From NCBI RefSeq assembly GCF_006345805.1, contig NC_043006.1:47926001-47990000 (forward strand): DNA of 64,000 bases, written 5' to 3'. Below the pieces are notes generated by a model that had not been told where the DNA came from, did not search any database, and saw only the letters and a list, made by a program, of their open reading frames with translations. This stretch comes from Octopus sinensis (Eukaryota). Within the stretch, counting starts at the first letter, position 1. The number at the start of each line of letters is the position of its first letter. This document shows, in pieces, positions 24,031-36,975 of this stretch. Made by a program: the position numbers and the translations under genes.

Positions 24031-25812
24031 TAACGGAAGCTTTATGAAAATATACAAAAATATAAGGCTATGGAAAACAATGTTATATGGCGCTCAGGAA
24101 ATATAAATTAAACAATCTTTAAACGTTTCGAGCCTATATAACAGGAAGCTACACAGAGAGAAAAAAAACACAGAAAGAAGGAGAGAAAAAAATGGTGTGC
24201 AGTAACTAACGAAAACAACATGGCGATCTGATTTCGGCCAGAAGTCAAAGATCAAACATGAGACGGGAGAGCGAAATTAGGGGAGATAATAGGTTGAGTG
24301 ACCAGCTCCAACATAACGGTGGGTGTATGAGAGAGTATTAGTGGTATGAAGGTCGGACGTGTGTATGTATAGGGTTGGTTGTAGTTTAGTATGTCAAGTA
24401 GTATAAGGGTGTGTGTGTGTGTGTGTGTGTGTGGGTATGAGAGAGTATTAGTGCGTATGAGAGGTCTGGACGTGTGATGTATAGGGTTGTGTATTATAGT
24501 GTATTAGTATGTATTAGTACGTATTAGAGTATTATAAGGGTGTGTTGTGTGTGTGTATGAGAGAGTATTAGTGCGTATGAGAGGTCTGGACGTGGTATGT
24601 ATGGGGTTGGTGTTGTATGTATCGTAGTATTAGTTGGTGTATGTATTAGTATGGCACATCATATATGATGTGATGTGTAAAGTCGTGTGGTGTAGTGTGG
24701 AGAGAGAAGAGGGGGGAGGCGGAGAAGAGGGGGAGGGGAGGGGGAGAGAGGGGGATAGGAGGGAGGGGGGAAGGAGGGGAGGAGGAGGGGAGGAGAAAGA
24801 GGAGAGGGGAGAGAGAAGGGGAGGGAGCAGAGGGAAGGGGAAGAGGGAAGGAGGGAGGGAGAAAGAGGGAAGAAGGGAAGGGGAGTAGAGGTGGAGGATG
24901 AAGGACTGAAGAAGTAGGGGTCGGGGGAAAGGTAGGTGAGGAGGGGGGAGAGAGGGGTTAGATTAGGAGGGGGGAGAGTTGAGACCAAATGGCGTTTAAG
25001 AGCGAAGAGATAAGATTAATTCCTGTTCACGGCGCAAACGGGAATCCGGATGGCCTCTGTGTAAGGACAAACCGAACACAGATAGGTGTTGCAAGGAGTG
25101 ACCGGTGGAGCGGAAATGGCGAGAGACCGGTGTGTCGTTCGCAAGGTGGATGTCACGAAGGTGTTCCGCGAACCGGTCAGCCAAGCGGCGTCCCGTTTGT
25201 CCGATGTACAAGGAATGGCAGAGAGAGCAAGAGACGCAATAGATAATATTGCTGGAGGTGCAGGTGAAGGAGTGGATGATGGGATAGGGTCGATGATGGG
25301 TGCTAGTGAGAAGGGTGGTGTTGGAGAGGTAAGGGCAAGTGCGGCAACGTGGGCGGGAGCAGGGGAACGAGCCGGGTTGGGAGGTAGGTTCAGGGAAGGA
25401 GCTATGGACCAAAAGGTCTCGAAGGTTGTGGGCTCGTTTGAAAGAGGGGAGGGGTCGGTTAGGGAAGAGGTGTGAAGTGGACGGGTCGGACTGGAGATGA
25501 CGGAAAGCTCGAAGAATGGTGCGTTGGAGAGGTAGGGTCGTGGGGTGGTAAGTGAGGGGAAAAGGGAGGCGGGAGACTACAGGGCGGGTTCGGGAGAGAG
25601 AGCAGATACACGGTCCACGGACTGTGCTCTGGCAAGGGCGGTGTGGATAGTGGTGAGGGGGTATCCACATAGGGTGAAGTGGTGAGCCATACGTTGAGAC
25701 TGAATCTCAAAGTCATGGTCGTCACTACAGAGCCTACGTAGACGGAGGAATTGGGAATAGGGGATGGAAAGCTTGGTGTGTTCTGGGTGGGAGGAAGAGA
25801 AGTTGAAGCATG
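24031..25812 (-). mobile_element. 5'-truncated Penelope-like retroelement (RT thumb/linker, GIY-YIG endonuclease, 3' tail)
   Basis: Coding part as in the next feature. The 3' region holds a purine-rich tract (24690-24980), three 110-120-bp tandem units (starting 24325, 24435, 24555) and a terminal GCTCGAAACGTTTAAAG motif. Confidence 0.9.
24965..25810 (-). pseudogene. PLE polyprotein C-terminus with GIY-YIG (Uri) endonuclease; one frameshift and one premature stop
   Basis: FNFSSSHPEHTKLSIPYSQFLRLRRLCSDDHDF...GYPLTTIHTALARA, then a frameshift near 25600 in a (GA)n run. It continues ...LPFPLTYHP...GSFPCSRPRCRTCPY...FTCTSSNIIYCVSCSLCHSLYIGQTGRRLADRFAEHLRDI...PVSRHF...RREQELILSLRS*TPFGLN. Confidence 0.92.
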
Positions 25813-25841
25813 AGTGTGAGTCTGTGTGTTTGTAGTGAATG

Positions 25842-25881
<40 letters not shown>

Positions 25882-25892
25882 TGTGTGTTTAC

Positions 25893-25925
<33 letters not shown>

Positions 25926-26782
25926 CGTGTGTGTGCCAGTCTGTTTGTGTGTGAGTGTGTGCGTGTTTCAATATGTGGTTATGTATATATTAGTTATATA
26001 TCCCAGAGGTGCATACGTAGCAGTATTTATGTTTTTAGGAAAATGCTGTTGACACATATATCTACAAATTATAATCAATATTCAATGAAAATATTTTATG
26101 TATGTAAATACATAGATGCTCTTATGGATGAAGAGAAGAATATAGATTGACAGATAGCTGTCTGATGTACCGAGAAATATAATACTTTTCAGAGAAATAT
26201 TATTGAAAACATCCTTGGACATCATCTCCGCAGGTCGTCTCGTTAATATTTAAATTTCTGAACCATAATCGTCAGAACTTTTCTTATCTATATTATTTTG
26301 TCGTCCTTTAGTCGCTGTCCAGTACCGATCAATGTAATTGTCGATGTCACTTGCCTTAAACACGTCACTGATTGTCAAAAAATATTTTCCAAAATTTGCT
26401 CATAGCTCCAAAATGGTACCAGAGCACAATGTACGAAGTTAGACATCTCAGATCACATCCCCGATAACGACTTCGTGTCTTGAGGGCAAGAATCAAGAAA
26501 ACATACCTGGAATGGGTGATATTTGCATTGGAAGAATGGGGGAATAGCTGCGTTAGCAAGATGTAGGGAAATATATTTAGTTTATAGTTCAGTTTCTCTT
26601 TAATTCTTCCGTCATCTTTTATGAACACTCCTCTTGTCTCAAAGCCTCGTTCTAATTCATTCACTAATTTCTCTCTCGCACCCAAAATCTCACGCTCTCA
26701 CACACAGTGGCATAAGCATGTAACTGTTTCTCACTGATCTCTCTTATAAAGGAATGGTATGGAAAATATTTTAAGACATTAT

Positions 26783-27300
<518 letters not shown>

Positions 27301-28009
27301 TCTCCGAAAAATGAATATGCGAATTCATATACCAATGGAATTTATTACACATTTATTTACGTTTATAAAATATTCAGGTTTTGATAATAAGATTTTTTAG
27401 ATTTATACTGTCACTCAATTTTAATACATGGAAAGAACATATTAGGAACACCGGCAGTGTGGGATGAGTCAGGCAGTGGTGTATCTTTTTATCATTTATT
27501 CTTTAGACAGGAGGGATAGTATTGAGAATGATCCAGTATTGGCGGAATAGCGTGGTGGCGAAGAGGGTAGAAGTCATCAGGAAACGAGAGACCTGGTCCG
27601 AATGCATGCAACGCAGTGGACTCCGTTAAATTCACTTAATGTCGAAGGCAACGGTGTTAAACCGATTTTGTTCGAAACCATCCCAAGGACATCTTGGCGT
27701 CATTTGAAGTCAGAATGTAAACAGCTGAAACGAATACTATAAGGATTTCAGCATAATATTCTTACTGTTCGGCCAATTCACAGCAGTGACTTTTGTACAA
27801 TTTTATTGAGCCCAAAGCGCAAAGTTTTTGCATGATTTGAAGTAAAAGTACTGGTAGTTGGAATCAATACTCCGTGGTGTGCTACAAGGTAACGTTCTGT
27901 CGTCAGTATATCTATGATCAAATACATTCCAAACTTTAACGTGTTAGTTGTATTTTATTCCAGTTTGTGAGTATGGGTATATATCATCGAGCTAGTCAAT
28001 GTGAGATTA

Positions 28010-28230
28010 AGAAGTATGTATTGCAACTACTGGGTTTCAGGTTCAGCCCCACTGTTCGGCAACTTCGGAAGTGTCTTATATAGCTTGGGACTGATTAATG
28101 TCTTGCAAGGGAAGCTGGTAGACGGAAACTGTGCGGAAGCCTATCTTGTAAATATGCTTGTATATGTATGTGCCAGTATTCCACTACTGCTTCAAAACAG
28201 GTCTTCGTTTGTCTCCATAACAATTAGTTT
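28010..28230 (+). mobile_element. Old diverged SINE A-related head
   Basis: ggtttcaggttcagccccactg...gaagtgtctt...ggtagacggaaactg. Confidence 0.55.
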
Positions 28231-28326
28231 TGGTAAAACTGGAGAATAAGTATCAAGCTTTAAAAAGTTAAAAGAAAAGAGAGAAATCATCTTCAAACAC
28301 ATTAAAAACAGGTATATTAATCGATG

Positions 28327-28620
28327 TGGAGGCACATGGCCTAGTGGTTAGAGCAGCGGTCGAGGGATCGCGGGTTCGAATCTCAGACCGGGCGATGTTT
28401 GTGTTTATGAGCGAAGCACCTAAGCTTCACGCGGCTCTGGCAGACGGTAATGGCGAACTTCTGCTGACTCTTCGCCACAACTTTCTCTCACTCTTTCTTG
28501 CAGCTCACCTGCGACGGACCGGCGTCCAGTCCAGGTGGGGAACCTTTACGCCAAGGAAACCGGGAAACCGGCCTATGAGCCAGGCACGGCTCGAGAAGGA
28601 TCAAACATCAACAACAACAA
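28327..28620 (+). mobile_element. SINE family D with 12-bp TSD (1 mismatch)
   Basis: Matches 13830-14134. TATTAATCGATG at 28315-28326 and TATTAATTGATG at 28621-28632. (CAA)n tail. Confidence 0.92.
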
Positions 28621-29835
28621 TATTAATTGATGGCGCTCAAGGCAAATTTGGCTAATATTTCTAGTAGATTCGGTGACTTTCAGTTTGTAGTACCCCCAAC
28701 CCCGTCTCGATAGCGTGTTCTGAAGTCATACTTACGTTAGGTATATTTAGATATACAATTTGATGGTCTCTTTATACGATTTAATTCAGCAGTGTCAATG
28801 ATTCTACCTTAGAATTTTATCAATTGAAATAATTATTTAAACAAAGCTGAAAACCATCTAATCAATTGATGATATTAGAAGTCAAATACTCTGCTTGTCT
28901 GATTTATGTGCCTATATAATGAAATCGTCGAATTGTGTCTCGTAATGTAGTCTTAGAATTATTGAAGAATTATTATTTAATGTATCGGCATTCACATACG
29001 GTTGTCAGTTAATTTCTAAGTGTTTATACTTATTGGAGATATTGATTTCTTAATAAGCTTTTATTGTATGTACTTATATTTATGGATGTCTCGATTTAAG
29101 GTTTAATTGAAAATTAATAAAAATATATGTATCTCTGCTGCCTTTCTCTTTGTATCTATCAGTATATATATATGTGCGTGTGTGTGCTTGTATCTATGTA
29201 CATACGGATGTATCTATATACTATGTGTATATTTATACACTTGCATATATGTAATCATATATACGTGTGTATGTACTTTTTCAATCTAGCTAGATATATA
29301 TGTATGAATGCATTCGACTGACTGTGTGTGCTACAATCAATCTCAAAACAATATCGTTATTGGATATTTCTTTTAGAGATAACCTCAACAAATCACGAAA
29401 GATCACATTGTATTTGCAAGCATGCAAAATGTCGATAAATACTTGTACACTTGAATTTTAAATGTTTGTATGACATCATCTAAAATTATTCCGACTGCAG
29501 AGAGAAGGGCCAGGGTGAAGTTAGTAATCAGATGTGATGAGGCTTTGTACAGACATATAAGAACCATAATTTTATTATATAAAGCAGCGACAAAATTATA
29601 TTCAGGCCTCACCATGTATCGTAGCTTATAAGTAATTTACTGAGAATGTCTTTGTTGCGAATGCATATAAGCTACTGAGTACAAATTGGATTTTGGCTCA
29701 AGCATCACGATAACAATTTAAGGATCATTCGCTTGTAGGAAATAAGGTTCTTTCAAAAATTATGCAAATTATTCTTTCAAAATATATAAGCCACACTGAG
29801 TGTGCGCTTTACGTTCATAGTCCCTCTCAGTGTAT

Positions 29836-30379
29836 TGTGACTCCCTTCGGTCATGAATGACCATGGGATTGCACCTAGGAAGTTTGCACCTAGGAAGTTA
29901 CTCTCCGAGGCGTTAGTCTGGGCATGGTTGTTTATGGAAGACCATCAGTTGCCCACGCATACCAGCCTCTTCTCTTCACTCCATCGATGTTATCCAAGGG
30001 AAAGGCAAAGGCCGATACAACATGGCACCAGTGACGCCACAACTCATTTATTAACGTGCAAGTGGCTGAGCACTCCACAGACACGTGTACCCCTAACGTA
30101 GTTCTCGAGGAGATTCAGCGTGACACAGAGTGTGACAAGGCTGGCCCTTTGAAATGCAGGTACAACAGAAACAGGAAGAAAGAGTGAGAGACAGGTGTGG
30201 TGAAAGAGAACAGCAAGATTCCCCACCACCCTCTGCCGGAGCCTCGTGCAGCTTTAAGTGTTTTCGCTCAATAAACACTCACAATGCCATAAACACTCAC
30301 AATGCTCGGTCTGGGAATCGAAACCATGATCCTACGACCGCGTTTCCGCTGCCCTAACCACTGAACCATTGCGCCTCCA
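29836..30379 (-). mobile_element. Chimeric SINE: family B 5' part (30050-30379) fused to family F tail (29836-30049)
   Basis: Sharp junction ...CACGTTAAT|AAATGAGTTG.... The 8-bp direct repeat CAGTGTAT flanks the whole unit (29828-29835, 30378-30385). Confidence 0.85.
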
Positions 30380-30798
30380 GTGTATATGTATACAATTATG
30401 TGCTTCCACTACAGCGTTAGAAAATTTTAGTTCTTATTTCTAGTAATGTATGTGTTTCTTACACTATAGTTATATGTACTGTCAATTATTTATTTATTTT
30501 TTGGTAAACATTGCTTACCGCTGTCTGTATTAATTACATACCATTGATAATGCATTTCTGTTGATCAACAGTTGCTATATTCATCATCATTCTTCTCAGT
30601 TTCTTGTTCTTCTCTGATCATATTACTATTTCCACAATAGTCTTGGGAGAAAAGGTTTAAACAGGCTGAATATATCTTTTACATTACCGATAATTCTTTA
30701 TCAATTGAATAGATCTGTTTTGGGGTATCAATTTTGTTTCTGCAAGAGTAAAAACCCTTTGGTATGCAAATATTCCCATTATACTAATTTCCCCTTAG

Positions 30799-30832
30799 GA
30801 ACCTGCAGAGACAGATTGATAAGATACGACTG
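30799..30832 (+). CDS. Candidate 34-nt internal exon of an unidentified host gene
   Basis: Branch-like CTAAT, then TTCCCCTTAG| acceptor, and a consensus CTG|GTAAGT donor. Two frames are open (NLQRQIDKIRL or TCRDRLIRYD). Lies in non-repeat sequence. No homology recognised. Confidence 0.35.
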
Positions 30833-31087
30833 GTAAGTCAGCTTCGTATCGCAGTATCCAAAAATCAAGACATTTCAAGCGCTTTCCCATTGTAAAATTT
30901 TTGAATTAAAACCGGAAGGATATCGCCATCGACGCAATATAATATATTCTGGAATGTCTTGGTACTCATATTTCTTACAGCCACAGAACATTCTGCTTAA
31001 TCTCATCTTCACTCCAGAATTTTTTCCCAGAAAGAATCTGTGTCGTCTTGTGTAGAAGCACCTATGATATTTCCTGTACTCTCATGT

Positions 31088-31310
31088 TTTACTTTCTTTT
31101 ACACTTTTACTTGTTGCAGTCATTTGACAGCAGCCATGCTGGAGTACCACCTTTAGTCGAGCAAATCGACCCCAGGACTTATTCTTTGTAAGCCCAGTAC
31201 TTATTCTATCGTCTCTCTTGCCGAACTGTTAAGTTACAGGGACGTAAACACACCAGCATCGATTGTCAAGTGATGTTGGGGGGACAAACACTGACACACA
31301 AACATATACA

Positions 31311-31354
<44 letters not shown>

Positions 31355-31532
31355 CATACATACATACATACGACAGGCTTCTTTCAGTCTCTGTCTACCA
31401 AATCCACTGACAAGGCTTCGGTCAGCCGGCGGCTATAGTAGAAGACACTTGCCCAAGGTGTCACGCAGTGGGAATTAACCCGGTACTATGTGGCTGGTAA
31501 GCAAGCTACTTACCACACAGCCACTCCTGCGC
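31088..31532 (-). mobile_element. SINE family A, full length
   Basis: Head, internal (TA/TACA)n and tail as in the other copies. Confidence 0.9.
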
Positions 31533-31859
31533 TGGTACCTTATTTCGGTTAAATTTTCTGTTCTTTTTCTTTCAGTTTCTTTACTCTTTTCTGATGACGA
31601 TGTTACTCACGAATTTTAATTGTTGTTTCAAAATGTTCAGTTCGCAATTAAGCGTTCTCTTTTCACTGCTGCTGACTTCAAATATTGTTTCTAATCACTT
31701 TTTCGTGTTTGTTAAGGAGGTGTAAAGTGATTTGCTTCTACGGACATACTAAGCGCCATTACAAAATTAATAGTTTTCTATAAATCAGCAATCTTTCTCT
31801 TCTCGAAACCCATGATAGCATTTTGTTAAGTTCCTATCTGCTATGTTTACTGCTTGAAT

Positions 31860-32260
31860 ATCTTCCATGTACTGCTTTGTAGTGGTTGATACGGCATATG
31901 AACAAGCGTTGAACTGCCGGAATGAGAATTCATTACATTTTTGTTCGAATGTTTCCTAAATTTTCATCAATAACTCTTATGTTATTTTCAATGATTTATT
32001 TTTTTTTACTTCGGTAGTGAATACTTTCCTTTCTCTCTCAAAATGTATTTTATCGTTACGGTATATTTTGTAACTGCAGCCATCAAAGAGTCTCATTACC
32101 TTTTACGATGTATTCAGTCTAATTTTTGAATATGCTGTTGATTTTGTCGTGCCCAGCCATGTTGTTTGTAGCAACACTCTGCACGTTAGATTTGCGTTTT
32201 AGAAGAAAAGCATTAATATCTTGGGTATTCCCTCGCTCAAACAATCTGAAATTTAATCAG
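31860..32260 (-). mobile_element. Possible degraded LINE AP-endonuclease remnant
   Basis: Minus-strand segments NVQSV...DKINSIFKN*TEYIVKGNETL and YKIYRNDK resemble the APE N-terminal motifs (NxxSL; ExWL; YxxxRxDR). Many stops. Confidence 0.35.
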
Positions 32261-32599
32261 TTATTTATCAGGGCTGATAAATGCGGCTTCAAATTTGGAT
32301 ACGCTATTTATCATATTTTCAATGAATAATCTCCCACATCAATTATACGAAATGTCACTTCATGATGCATGTGCATATGTATGTATAGTTGTCTAATAAA
32401 TTAGAGCGCGTAGGACATTACTTATTAGTACATTATGTAGGCCATCGCGGGAACTTCCCAAGTCTTTATATAGAACTGTTATACGTCATGGTTCAGTTCG
32501 AAAGTCCACTGGAATTTCTTTCGATTGTTTCACGTTCTGCGACACGTGATTCTGTGTTCTTTTCTCTCCGCGGTGTATGAAATAGAAATTTTCCACAAA

Positions 32600-33009
32600 C
32601 TCTTTACTCATTATTCTTTTACTTGTTTCAGTCATTTGGCAGCGGCCATGCTGGAGCACGGCCTTTTAGTCGAGCAAATCGACCCCAGGACTTATTCTTT
32701 GTAAGCCTAGTACTTATTCTATTGGTCTCTTTTGCGGAACCGCTAAGTTACGGGGACGTAAACACACCAGCATCGGTTGTCAAGCGATGTTGGGGGAACA
32801 AACAGACACACAAACATATACATGCACATATACATATACATATATATGACAGGCTTCTTTCAGTTTCCGTTTACCAAATCCACTCACAAGGCTATGGTCG
32901 GCCCGAGGCTATAGTAGAAGACACCTGCCCAAGGTGCCACGCAGTGGGACTGAACCCGGAACCATGTGGTTCGTAAGTAAGCTACTTACCGCACAGCCTC
33001 TCCTACGCC
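32600..33009 (-). mobile_element. SINE family A, full length, low divergence
   Basis: Closest to the in-window consensus of family A. Confidence 0.92.
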
Positions 33010-33408
33010 GTTGTTAACAATAACTTAATTACACACTTCGATAACTTGATTACTGATATTTAAAAAAAAAATGTTCTTTGCGTATATAAAAAGATAATGA
33101 CCAGTTATTTCCTAATTAATTATTTTTCACCCGTCATGTATTAATGCCAAAAATTCTAGGGTATAGTATTCATTATCCGGGAGAACGAGTAATCCTGTGT
33201 TCCAACGTATTTTTATTTGATACTGTTGGTGATATTTTTCATTCTCCAGAGATTTTAGTTTTCCTCTATAACGAAGAGATATGCTCGAAACGTTTAAAAC
33301 CCTCCTTTTTCTCCCACACTTACCAAGCGTAAAACTAATACATTGCATGTGCACGACGTGTTTGTTATTCTTATTTTTAATGTCCCATTATTAGATTTGA
33401 CTATATAT

Positions 33409-33641
33409 ATTTCTTTATTGCCCACAAAGGGCTAAACATAGAGGGGACAAACAAGGACAGACAAAGGGATTAAGTCGATTACATCGACCCCAGTGGGTAA
33501 CTGGTACTTTATTTATCGACCCCGAAAAGATGAAAGGCAAAGTCGACCTCGGCGGAATTTGAACTCAGAACGTAACGGCAGACGAAATACGGCTACGCAT
33601 TTTGCCCGGCGTGCTAACGTTTCTGCCAGCTCACCGCCTTC
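33409..33641 (-). mobile_element. tRNA-derived SINE family C with 13-bp TSD
   Basis: Head GGCGGTGAGCTGGCAGAAACGTTAG...GAGTTCAAATTCCGCCGAGG, tail ...GTGGGCAATAAAGAAATA. TSD TTTGACTATATAT at 33396-33408 and 33642-33654. Confidence 0.92.
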
Positions 33642-33763
33642 TTTGACTATATATGTATGAATCTATCTATCCATTTACTTTTCTCTTTCTCTCTCTCTCT
33701 CTCTGTCTGTCTATCTATCGATCTATGTATGTATGTATCTATCTATCTATCTATCTATCTATT

Positions 33764-33795
<32 letters not shown>

Positions 33796-33810
33796 TATCT
33801 ATCTATTTCT

Positions 33811-33848
<38 letters not shown>

Positions 33849-34668
33849 GATCAACATACCTGTATGAAAATAATTTAGAAAAACTTGCTCTCACGAAAAT
33901 TTGGTACTATTGCTGACTGCCTTATATTAAGAATTTTTATCTACGCCATGAATCTAATCGTATTTTAGTGTATGATAGATATTTTATATCTTTAAAAATA
34001 TTCGCATCCCAGTATATATTATATAAAAGGATGCAAACTTAAATTCACTGTGATGTAACTGTTAATATAGTCTCTCAAAACCAAATGTGTTGAGCTTGGC
34101 TCTTGCCCTTAATTTTATCCTTCCTTATAAAATACAGATGCGAGGCTACATCGTAAAATTGTAATGAACGTAAATACTTGTTTATAACACATACACACGC
34201 ACTTATTGTCAAATATTGATATAAATATAGGTTTATGTAATTATTTCATGATATAATTTAGTATACTGCAACAATAGATATTTGATTTTAAATGTTTTAT
34301 ATTGCTTACGAATTCTAACAAAAACGATTCAGGAAACATAAAAAACGAAGTATGTGTAAGTGCGGCAGATGTATTGAAATTTCATACGGGACAATTAAGT
34401 ATTCGTTTGTGAATTCGCAAAGGTTGATATACATAATACTGTCTGTCAATGTCAGTTGTTTGAAATACAATACAATTAATAACATTTAACTCATATTCTA
34501 GATGTTTCTCTCAATATAATATGAAACAGTAAAAGTACAGTAAAACCGGTAGGTTACATGATAAGTCATTGCCGATCTCTGCGTTGGCGTCCAACCAATA
34601 TGGTATCATAAAAAACAATGCTATTTACAGCAGTATGTAATATATAATCGAAGGTACCACTATAACAC

Positions 34669-34721
<53 letters not shown>

Positions 34722-35475
34722 ATATATATATGTATATGAATATGTATATGTATATGTATATACATATATATATACACATATATATGTGAATATATAAATA
34801 TTTATGCATACACACACAAACACATACACACACATATGTATATAAATCATATGTATGTATGTGTTTATTACATATATATTTAAAACAATCTATGTCTCGG
34901 CATTGACATTGAAACTCTGATTTATGTATTATGTTTTAGTATGTATTACGCATAAAATCTGTCATCACCGGGATGTTGTAAAGTAGACATTTTTAACGAT
35001 AAAACTTAATCACCTTAATATATGGATATATATATATACACACACACGCATACACACACATACATATATATACATATGCATGTATATATGTCGTCACAAT
35101 GAGGATATTTAAACCTGTTATAGGGATATTTTATTCAAATTACACTAGTTTAGTATATTATATTTTAAAGAAATATTTATTCAGTGATATATTATAGAAA
35201 AGTTCCTAAAATATCAAGCATAATTATGGAGTTAGAAAACAGACAGTTCTAATTGATACAAATTTATTTATTAATTATTTAACACATTCACCTATTAAGT
35301 AAATAATAAATGAATTTCTACCCATTATATCTCTTTGTTTTCCAACTCTATATACATGTGTGTATCTGTCTATTTGTATGTGTGTATGTGTAAGTATGCA
35401 TGTGTAGTATGTATGTATATATGTATGCGTAGTATGTATGTATATATGCCATGTATATATATATATATATATATA

Positions 35476-35510
<35 letters not shown>

Positions 35511-35979
35511 TCATATGTATACACGCAAAATGAAATGTTTCATTATAGAAAAGACTGGAAATGCACATAATACATTCATGTATGATAAAGCATATATCTG
35601 TGTGTGAATTTAGCCCGATATTTTGGCCACTGCTTCAGCTCAAAATCTATCAGCAATGAGGAGACAAACGTGTATATTTATGCACAACTCTCATTTCCAT
35701 TTCGTCAGTCCATTGTTAAGTCATGCCTTATCTCATTCATGTTGCTACAGATTTTGATTTTTTCTAAACTTACGGTGATGAGATGGTGATGACTACTACC
35801 CTATAGAGTAGACTTGAGTTTTTACTGATTTTCCAACCTTCTTTTTACAATTACACAATGCTGAAGTTTGTAAATTCTGCTAATTTTAGTCAACTACTCT
35901 AATTTTCAACGTGGGAAACAGGCACGTAAGCGAGCCTAAAGAGTTTTTCAAAACTGCATACTTACATGAGGGGAAAAGC

Positions 35980-36870
35980 AACCATGGTTTACATTGACAT
36001 AAAAGAAGCAAAATTTTATATCGGCCATTGGTGAGAAGTACTCAAACTCAGTCACAGGCTCAGATGAATTTCCAGTGGTTCTCCTAAAATTATGCAAGAA
36101 AGCTCTTGCCAAACCTGATAATTTTTCATAGTTACCTTGCATGTGGAAAACTTACAAAACATTTAAAAGAGGGCATTATATCTTTTGTCCATGAAGAAGG
36201 GAGCATAGCTGATGCTAAAAAATCACAGGCCGCCTATTTCTCTGAATTCACAAGTTAGCAAGATGATGGAAAAACTTTGTCAGAAGGAGACTGATCAAAT
36301 TCCTGGAAGAGAATAACTTCCTCACAAACACACAACATGGTTTCTGCTCAGGGAGGAACTACCTCACACAGCTATTACAACATATCGATTAGGTGCTGAA
36401 GCAGAAGGCGAACCACTCAAATGTGAATGTGTTATATATCGACTTTGCCAAATCCTTCGATAACGTTGATATATCACAAGCTAAATGACCTTCGTACCAC
36501 TGGAAATCTGGGAGAATGGTTGCATGATGTTTTAAAAGATAGACGTCAGACAGATGCAGTCGATGGAGCTCTTTCTAGAAAAACATCATTTAAAACAGCT
36601 TGAGTTTCACTGGACCACAACTGTTTAAAATCCTGTCAAACACTCTGAAAGACTTGCAAGGTGTAAATGTAGAAACCTTCAGAAAGAATTTGCACAAGTT
36701 TTCAATCTGAAATCCCACTTGAGCCCCCATTGCGGCAGGTGGTACAAAAAGGAGCAGCTCCGTCCATCTCACCTCTCCACCAAAAACAGTGCAGGAAGGA
36801 AACCCCAAAACACTAAAAGGATGTGCTCCAGCATGAACCTAGACTATGGCTGGAACCAGTGAATGAATAT
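35980..36870 (+). mobile_element. CR1/L2-like LINE remnant: RT N-terminal half joined directly to the ORF2 C-terminus and 3' UTR
   Basis: GSDEFPVVLLKLCKKALAKP, KFLEENNFLTNTQHGFCSGRNYLTQLLQH, VLYIDFAKSFDNVD and GNLGEWLHDVLKDRRQ. At about 36590 it jumps to SLSFTGPQLFKILSNTLKDLQGVNVETFRKNLHKF and a 3' end gtgctccagcatg...ctatggctggaaccagt. Confidence 0.8.
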
Positions 36871-36940
36871 ATAGATATAATTATAATTAGAGTAATAGAG
36901 AGATAGAGAGATATCTCTACAATAAATAGTCATATTTGAT

Positions 36941-36975
<35 letters not shown>

